A DNA stretch of 48,757 nucleotides, from positions 1 to 48,757 of the IMG/VR virus record IMGVR_UViG_3300032315_000384. One strand, 5' to 3'. The notes below the pieces were generated by a model. It did not search any database. It worked only from the letters and a program-made list of their open reading frames with translations, and was not told the origin of the DNA. A program made the position numbers and the translations under genes. This document shows positions 42,592 to 48,757 of this stretch, one piece after another (the stretch's first letter is position 1; the number at the start of each line of letters is the position of its first letter). Origin of the DNA: a virus (Duplodnaviria; Caudoviricetes).

Positions 42592-44073
42592 TTATGTTCT
42601 GGCGGGGTTCATGGCGTTATACAAACCCAAACCAGCGATGCCAGCACCACCAACCTGACTCAACAAACTAGGTGACGCTTGATACTGCGATGTTGTAGTG
42701 CCGGGTAATGCATAACCACGCACCAGCGCATTGATCTGGTTGTATCTTTGCATTGGATTTTCTTGTGCTTGTGCAAAGTTCTGAATCGCTTGGTTGATGT
42801 ACTGCTGTTCTTGCTGCTGTTGCTGTCCACCAATTTGATTCTGTAGACCCAAGATGCCAGTCTGTGCCGCAAGCTGTTGCGTACCTAATTGACCCAACTG
42901 ATTTGCCGCTTGATTGGCTAGACCATAACCAGCTTGTGCGCCAGACACACCTTGCAGACCCACTTGAGCGCCCTGCATGCCTTGCGCAGTACCGGCCAGT
43001 TGACGATCCACGCCCTGAAGTCCAGTTTGAGCACCTTGGATACCTGCTTGGGCGCCTTGAATACCAAGACCAGAACCCTGCATGCCGCCTTGTAATCCTT
43101 GCAGTGCAGTACCAATACCAGACAGACCCAACTGACCACCTTGCAAAGCAGTACCCAGACCCTGTTGCGCACCCTGAAGACCTTGTAGTCCTAACTGAGA
43201 GCGTTGCAAAATATTGCCTTGAGCTTGTTGATAGGCTTGTTGCAAACCTTGGGCACGGACTGCATCCATTTGAGAGGCAAGCGCACGGTTAGCTTCAGCG
43301 TTTTCAATAGCCTGACGAGAGCCGCCATAAGCACCCGCACGAGCAGCTTGGGATTTACGCATGTTGGCGGCAATATCGGCTTGGCGTTGCAAACCTTCCA
43401 GTTGAACATTCGTTACTGCCTCTTGGTAAGGAGACATGTACGCTTGATACGTGCTGGGGCTTGTAGCCATCTGACCGTACAGGTCACCCATACCAGCAGC
43501 TTGACGAGCGTAGTTTTCTGCTTGACCGGAAACATTGCGGCCATACTGCTCTGCACGAAGACCCATCTGCCCTACATCAGCGGCTTGCGCACCATAACCT
43601 GCGCCTTGAGCGCCGTATTGCGCACCTTGCTGTCCATACCCTGCGCCCATACCGCCGTAGTACTGACCGCCTTGCATGCCCAGTTGTTGACCCATTTGGC
43701 CAGACTGAAAGCCCGCATTACCATACCCATAGGCTTGGTTAGCAGATTCAAGCCCACCTTGGCCAGCAGCATTAGCAAAACCCGTTGCCTGATTAAACTG
43801 GCCAGGCATTTGCAAGTTGGCCACATTAGCTTGTACCTGCTGTTGCAGGGGGCTAAATCCCGCTGTGTAATCTCTTACGTTTGCGCTATAAGGTACAAAA
43901 GGTTTGGCGCCTTTGAGAACATAGTTGCCGTTTTCGTCTACCGTGTAATCAAACAGCTCTTGTGAAGCGCCACCAATAATGCCTTCAACCTGAGGGCGTA
44001 ACCACTCAGGGATGTTGGATTGATTAACCGTTGTTGTCGTTGGCCCGCCGCCACCATCGCCACCACCACCCAT
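42592..44073 (-). CDS. Putative ejection/pilot protein with Gly/Gln/Ala repeats
   Basis: MGGGG N-terminus, YMSPY, AGAYGGSRQA, hydrophobic Gly-rich C-terminus. Confidence 0.65.
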   Translation of the reverse strand: MGGGGDGGGGPTTTTVNQSNIPEWLRPQVEGIIGGASQELFDYTVDENGNYVLKGAKPFVPYSANVRDYTAGFSPLQQQVQANVANLQMPGQFNQATGFANAAGQGGLESANQAYGYGNAGFQSGQMGQQLGMQGGQYYGGMGAGYGQQGAQYGAQGAGYGAQAADVGQMGLRAEQYGRNVSGQAENYARQAAGMGDLYGQMATSPSTYQAYMSPYQEAVTNVQLEGLQRQADIAANMRKSQAARAGAYGGSRQAIENAEANRALASQMDAVRAQGLQQAYQQAQGNILQRSQLGLQGLQGAQQGLGTALQGGQLGLSGIGTALQGLQGGMQGSGLGIQGAQAGIQGAQTGLQGVDRQLAGTAQGMQGAQVGLQGVSGAQAGYGLANQAANQLGQLGTQQLAAQTGILGLQNQIGGQQQQQEQQYINQAIQNFAQAQENPMQRYNQINALVRGYALPGTTTSQYQASPSLLSQVGGAGIAGLGLYNAMNPART

Positions 44074-44083
44074 AATATTCTCC

Positions 44084-44515
44084 TTAAACCAGTGTTTCCA
44101 CTAGCGTGTTGCGCGGCTCAAAACCGGCGCGTGACAAAAGGCGCACCATAGATTCTCGGCAAAATGCCTGTATCTTAGTCGCACCATGAACTTTTACCAA
44201 GGCTTTTAGTTGTTCTAAAAGCTCTGGATTTGCAATAAATTTACCGCCCGTGGTGGTTACAAACGCCACTCGGTGCAAGGGGTAGTTAAGGAAAGAAACC
44301 GTCATGGCCCCATGTATTACACGCTCTTCGTCTATTGCTACTAAAAGCAACCACTGCCCGCTAGTAACAAAACCCTGAACATGGGAAAGGTTGTAACCGT
44401 TAGCCCACTCAGGAAATTCTCCACCCTTGTCAATAGCTTCTTGGATATAGCCTTCCACCATAGGCCAGACTTGCTGGATATGGGTAACATCAACAGGGCG
44501 AACCGTTAAATTCAT
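44084..44515 (-). CDS. GNAT-fold virion-module protein
   Basis: LLLVAID...GAMTV...AFVTTTGG...HGATKIQAFCR...GF; position typical of podoviral acetyltransferase-like genes. Confidence 0.55.
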   Translation of the reverse strand: MNLTVRPVDVTHIQQVWPMVEGYIQEAIDKGGEFPEWANGYNLSHVQGFVTSGQWLLLVAIDEERVIHGAMTVSFLNYPLHRVAFVTTTGGKFIANPELLEQLKALVKVHGATKIQAFCRESMVRLLSRAGFEPRNTLVETLV

Positions 44516-45351
44516 TTGCTTTTCTTTAACAACGAGGTAATCCCGCCTTCAGCACGGCGCATCACGTTGGGAGTGCCACGCATTTGGGAAGACCTGCCCA
44601 CGATTGCTTGGCTAGGTCCGTAATTGGGTTGTACCGCAGGCTGCGCCATGGGTTGTTGATAGCTAAACGGTGTTTGATACTGATTTGTGTAAGGGTTGAA
44701 TGGCGCTTGCCTTTGTTGCATGGGCTGCTGGTAGCTAAACGGGCTATAAGAAGAAGCAGCCTGTAGATCTTGAGCGTTTATGCCGTATGTACGCATATCT
44801 TGCATCAACGTATTAATGTTGTTTCTGTCGCCTTGGGTGCTCAAAAGATTCGCGTAACTCTGCAACTGTCTTAAATACGGGCCAATCCCACCAGCACCCG
44901 GGGCTGTAGCAGCTTGCATACTTTGAGACATGCCGGGATTAGTGCCGTAATTACTGACGTTCAAAGCAGTTAATGGGTTGGCGTAGTTAGTGTATTGTGG
45001 TTGATATGCTGGTTGATAAAACTGTGAGTCCTGACCAGATGGGCGGGCGCCACGTATCTGAGATAACGCTAGATCTCGAGCTATGTTTGCTTGTCTCTGT
45101 TCTGGAGTTAGAGCAGTAGAAGCAGCACCAGCAGCCTTTGCCTTTGCGGCGGCAGCTTCTTCTTCAGCTTTTCTTATTTGGTCCCCGAGGTTTGTTTGGT
45201 TAAAGCCATAAAACTCACGCAACCCAGTCTTAGGATTTATAGTGCCAGCGCCACCCATAGACTTCAACAGCGCAGCCTCTTGAGGATTGACATGGGCGAG
45301 CATGGTATCGCCATATCTACCCTTGGACGCTAGTTTTTTAGGGTCACGCAT
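44512..45351 (-). CDS. Putative internal virion protein
   Basis: Start MRDPKK at 45351; GRYGDTMLAHVNPQEAALLKSMGGAGTINPKTGL motif; C-terminal RAEGGITSL. Confidence 0.65.
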   Translation of the reverse strand: MRDPKKLASKGRYGDTMLAHVNPQEAALLKSMGGAGTINPKTGLREFYGFNQTNLGDQIRKAEEEAAAAKAKAAGAASTALTPEQRQANIARDLALSQIRGARPSGQDSQFYQPAYQPQYTNYANPLTALNVSNYGTNPGMSQSMQAATAPGAGGIGPYLRQLQSYANLLSTQGDRNNINTLMQDMRTYGINAQDLQAASSYSPFSYQQPMQQRQAPFNPYTNQYQTPFSYQQPMAQPAVQPNYGPSQAIVGRSSQMRGTPNVMRRAEGGITSLLKKSK

Positions 45352-45361
45352 ATTCTTTTCC

Positions 45362-46474
45362 TTACGCTGGAACGTATTGACGGGGATTGATCTCACGACC
45401 TTGAGCTTTGCGACCAGTGCGGGCTTTACGAACCTTGTTCATCATTGCGTACAGTTGCTTGGCGCCTGCATCGGTGGAGCCATTACCAAGGTGGGAAACC
45501 ACATCGGCGGGAACAACGAACTCACCATCTGCCAGACGTGCAGGGCGCTTGCCTGCAATAGTGGCAGGGATGTTGTCAGACATGCCGTCACCGGGACCTT
45601 TGAGCATGCGGCCACCATCAGAGTAACTGCCCAAATCAGCGATACCGCCGCGAGCCATTGCTTGATACATAGGCTGTTCGCCAACCATGCGGTCGTAACC
45701 ATCCAAAGAAGTAATACCACCATCAGCATAACCCGATGGGCGATACGCATCTGGGTTGTATTTGAAGCGGCTTAGTGGGCCAGTGTATTCTTCCTCTTCT
45801 TCTTTTTTCTTCTTTGCGGTAGTGCCGGCCAACGCAGCCGCACCAGCCGTGAACTTATTTTCCATTAAAGAGGCCAGCGGGTTGTCCGCAAACTTCTTCA
45901 TGCCTCCCAGAAAAGAATCGTCAACTGGTGGGGTGGCAGGGGCGGCAAAAGTAGCAGGTGCAGCAATAGGGGAATTGCTAACTAAATTAGCGATACCGCC
46001 GCTTCCAGTACCAAGTTGGCCTAAGGATGTGCCAAAAGGAACGCTACCAATATTTGTAAGACCGGGAACTTCTAAAAAATTAGTCCCTGCGCTAAACGGC
46101 ATTGGTGAGTTTAATAATGATGCGCTATTAAATGCTGCTGGATTCAGATTTAATGTGGATGCGGTTAGTGGAGCAGTAGCCGTAGAAGCTAATGTAGGAG
46201 CCGCATTCATCGCAACCGTATTAGCTATGGCTGGAGCCGCATTCATTGCAGCTGCATTAGCTAAAGTTGGAGCCATACTGGTAGCAGCAGTTGTCGCCGC
46301 CAAAGGAGCGGTTGTTGTCAATGCGCTTAGAGCCGGACTTATAGCGCCGCCAATACCGCCAGTAAGCGTACCCATGAGAGCACCCTTCAGTGGATCGCCG
46401 CCAGTCAGCAAAGCAGAACCACCCCCCATTGCCGCGCCAAGCAGCGCCGCTTCACCAACTCCGCCCATCGCCAT
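45362..46474 (-). CDS. Putative internal virion protein with GPGDGxSD domain
   Basis: Hydrophobic Gly-rich N-terminus; YADGG, MARGG, YSDGG then GPGDGMSDNIPA...ARLADGEFVVPADVV. Confidence 0.65.
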   Translation of the reverse strand: MAMGGVGEAALLGAAMGGGSALLTGGDPLKGALMGTLTGGIGGAISPALSALTTTAPLAATTAATSMAPTLANAAAMNAAPAIANTVAMNAAPTLASTATAPLTASTLNLNPAAFNSASLLNSPMPFSAGTNFLEVPGLTNIGSVPFGTSLGQLGTGSGGIANLVSNSPIAAPATFAAPATPPVDDSFLGGMKKFADNPLASLMENKFTAGAAALAGTTAKKKKEEEEEYTGPLSRFKYNPDAYRPSGYADGGITSLDGYDRMVGEQPMYQAMARGGIADLGSYSDGGRMLKGPGDGMSDNIPATIAGKRPARLADGEFVVPADVVSHLGNGSTDAGAKQLYAMMNKVRKARTGRKAQGREINPRQYVPA

Positions 46475-46497
46475 AGTATTCTCCTCAGTTACATTGC

Positions 46498-46526
46498 ATT
46501 TTAGTATTAAGGGGTCACTGTGCCAA
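46498..46526 (-). promoter_or_regulatory. Putative sigma70 promoter for the internal-protein cluster
   Basis: TTGGCA-17 bp-TAAAAT upstream of a GAGGAG RBS. Confidence 0.5.
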
Positions 46527-46902
46527 TAGCGCCAGACCCCGAAATACCAGTTAAATTGCGAGTTATTGTGCCTCCAACGGCTCCAACACTGCCAGAAGCC
46601 CCTGAACCTTGTACCCCAAGCAACTCAATAGGTACTTTAATACGCAACACATTTGTTCCTGTTTGTAGCGTTCCGCCCTGTGTATCCCTGTACACATCAC
46701 CTACACGCAGGTTGTTGTAATCCGCATCGGTGGGTAATGTGCGTATATCAAGATTCAGTGCCGCCAAATTTAATTGTTGAATCGTATTGATGTTGTTGAA
46801 GAACAACCGAATCACATTGCTCAAAGAATTCATGTACGCCACATCGTAAGCAGCAGGAGCTTGAGGGATGTTCGGCGAAGCACGGTTCTGAAGCATTGAC
46901 AT
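46507..46902 (-). CDS. Virion hypothetical protein
   Basis: PNIPQAPAAYD...IRLFFN; follows the tail stabilisation gene. Confidence 0.6.
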   Translation of the reverse strand: MSMLQNRASPNIPQAPAAYDVAYMNSLSNVIRLFFNNINTIQQLNLAALNLDIRTLPTDADYNNLRVGDVYRDTQGGTLQTGTNVLRIKVPIELLGVQGSGASGSVGAVGGTITRNLTGISGSGAIGTVTP

Positions 46903-46905
46903 GAC

Positions 46906-48757
46906 TTATCTCCTGCCGTCAGGTTTGATGTCAAGTCTAGGTGCGCCCAACTGCCATGTTGTACCAATCTGATCTGAGGAAATCTTAAAAATCATCTGAC
47001 GGCCTCGAGCGCGGGTGTAAACAATCCCCGTGTACTCTTCAGTAATAACATAGTTATTGCCTTTGGTGACGCTCGCAGCGGCTGAATTACCAACACCGGA
47101 TCCCGAGCTTTGCATGGGAAACAGCGTCATAGTTACTTGAGGCGAGCTACCTGTAGGGGTAGAAACAGAGTTCTCAAATGTCAAGTCAGGAACAATGCGC
47201 CATACATAACCAAAGTTGTGGCCATCCCCAATATCAAACTCAGATGAGGAGATATTGGCAGTCAAAGCTGTTCGTGTACCCAGCACATAAGAATCCACCC
47301 CATCTTCGTGCTGCACTAATTCGCTGTCGTATGTGGCCGCCACAGGGCGGGGCAACAATCCAGAGTCCAGCCAAGCCGAACGACCCAAGGTGCCATAAGA
47401 CCATACGTTTTCTACGTAGTTGTAAATCACATAGCGGTCGCTCTCAATGGCGTCGGCAGAACAATAAAACCACCAGACTTCATTGAAGCCTTCGTTTGTA
47501 CCCGCGTAGACTTGTTGCGCCTGCAAGATGTTGAAGTCGCTAAAAATATAACGGCGTAAGTCGCAGTTCAATGTCTGCACACGTCCATCGTATTTATAGA
47601 ACTTGTCAATACCCATCCAGTACACCGCACCGGAGGCGATAACAGCGGCGTTCGGGCCAACGATAGACACGTTGTCGGCAATCAGCTGAGCAGTCCAAAC
47701 AAATGGCGGGCCTACGTATTGCAATGAATAGAGAGATGAATCGGTAAACACCACAATCTCTTGGCGCGACTGGACGGCTGTAATGATGGACGAGCCGTGG
47801 GAGAGTTGCAAACTACCCGCTTGGTTGGTAGCCTGTGGCGCCCATGTGAACGGATCTTCTTGGTCTGACCAGCGGATCAGCATTGGGTTTAAGACGTTAC
47901 TGCCATAGTCATTCGTGCCAAACACCAAAACAAAGCGGCTGGCATCCGAAACAATAAGAAAGTTTTGGAAGATGGGCGTGTCGTCATCCCCAGCGTCTGC
48001 CAAGTCAATACCACGTTGGGATATACGCTGAATGCCTGATTGGCCACCTGATGTGGTGACGGGTGTGCCGTTAATAGACGTAGCCACATTGAATGTGCCG
48101 CCCGTGGAATTTACGACAAAGTAAACCTGACCAACGGTCAAACCAGTAGGCAAAGCGCCCGTGGATGTAAACGTGATAGTTGTGCCATCAGGAAAAGAGA
48201 ACCCAGTCGGCAATGTGATAACACCTGGGGATGCAATAGAGATGGTGATCTGAATGGGCGAAAACCCTACGTTTGCATTCCAGTAATAGATGCCTTGGCC
48301 ACGCGGCCCGTAGATTAAATCTTCACCAAAGTTCTGCTGGTTCCACAGCTGCAAGGAAGTTGTGTTGCTAGAACCGACACCCCAAGTACCGCCTCCCCAT
48401 GTACCGCCGCCCCAGCCAATCAAAGGAATCTGATAAGACGGTCCAGTATTGGTTTCGTATTGCGCTACTACTGATCCGCCGCCGGGAGAACCAGAAGCAT
48501 CTGTGGCGTTTGCAGTGGCAGACACCGTGATGGTATATGCGTTGTCGTTGACAAAAGTAATCTGAAAGGTGTTTGCAAGCACAGCCGCAGTGATGTTGCC
48601 ACCAAGTCCTACGATACCTGCGCCGCTATATGTAACAAAGTCACCCTGTACGCAGCCGTGATTGCTTTCAGAGACTGCTATAACGGCTGAACCATTGGTA
48701 GCCGTAAACGGGTTGGTCAACGTGATTGTTTTGCGGATGGGGGTGATGTCATAGTAC
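46906..48757 (-). CDS. Tail tube/DNA-stabilisation protein (P22 gp10/T7 gp12-like), 5' end outside the window
   Basis: LIRWSDQED, beta-propeller-like repeats, NEVWWFY, LGAPRLDIKPDGRR C-terminus; frame open to the window end. Confidence 0.75.
   Translation of the reverse strand, partial: YYDITPIRKTITLTNPFTATNGSAVIAVSESNHGCVQGDFVTYSGAGIVGLGGNITAAVLANTFQITFVNDNAYTITVSATANATDASGSPGGGSVVAQYETNTGPSYQIPLIGWGGGTWGGGTWGVGSSNTTSLQLWNQQNFGEDLIYGPRGQGIYYWNANVGFSPIQITISIASPGVITLPTGFSFPDGTTITFTSTGALPTGLTVGQVYFVVNSTGGTFNVATSINGTPVTTSGGQSGIQRISQRGIDLADAGDDDTPIFQNFLIVSDASRFVLVFGTNDYGSNVLNPMLIRWSDQEDPFTWAPQATNQAGSLQLSHGSSIITAVQSRQEIVVFTDSSLYSLQYVGPPFVWTAQLIADNVSIVGPNAAVIASGAVYWMGIDKFYKYDGRVQTLNCDLRRYIFSDFNILQAQQVYAGTNEGFNEVWWFYCSADAIESDRYVIYNYVENVWSYGTLGRSAWLDSGLLPRPVAATYDSELVQHEDGVDSYVLGTRTALTANISSSEFDIGDGHNFGYVWRIVPDLTFENSVSTPTGSSPQVTMTLFPMQSSGSGVGNSAAASVTKGNNYVITEEYTGIVYTRARGRQMIFKISSDQIGTTWQLGAPRLDIKPDGRR

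Noticed and set aside
31090-46720. Many plus-strand ORFs (up to 285 aa) opposite the giant and ejection genes
   Set aside because: Antisense shadows of long real genes; no RBS or recognisable motifs.
1-48757. tRNA genes, integrase, DNA polymerase, reverse transcriptase/DGR, alternative genetic code
   Set aside because: No such motifs found by eye; genes are intact and tightly packed under the standard code. A tRNAscan/HMM run would be needed to exclude them formally.

Overview
The window is most of the genome (both ends fall inside genes) of a tailed dsDNA phage with podovirus-like organisation. No integrase, DNA polymerase, tRNA or CRISPR array was seen. Left arm, minus strand: small terminase, LexA-like HTH, large terminase, a cupin/2OG-oxygenase-like gene, portal, GroES-like co-chaperonin, scaffold-like protein, Mu gpT-like major capsid protein, and a cluster of small Lys/Gly-rich genes containing an endonuclease VII-like gene. 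Centre: a plus-strand operon of small early genes behind a near-consensus sigma70 promoter, then minus-strand replication, regulation and recombination genes (primase, SF2 helicase, ParB-like, two XRE HTHs, sigma70 region-4 protein, SSB-like, ERF, Cas4-like nuclease) and a plus-strand RusA. Right arm: a 3403-aa polyvalent protein and other putative ejection/tail proteins. Most notable: (1) a hydrophobic-x-x-GG peptide motif shared by 8 late proteins in two separate clusters; (2) ParB, GNAT, DUF6884-like, L,D-transpeptidase-like, ART, zincin and LPD38-like modules in the giant protein; (3) two structured RNA leaders with long-range pairings; (4) a 24-bp palindrome present twice, each time upstream of an HTH gene. 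All family assignments come from motif recognition by eye, not database searches.
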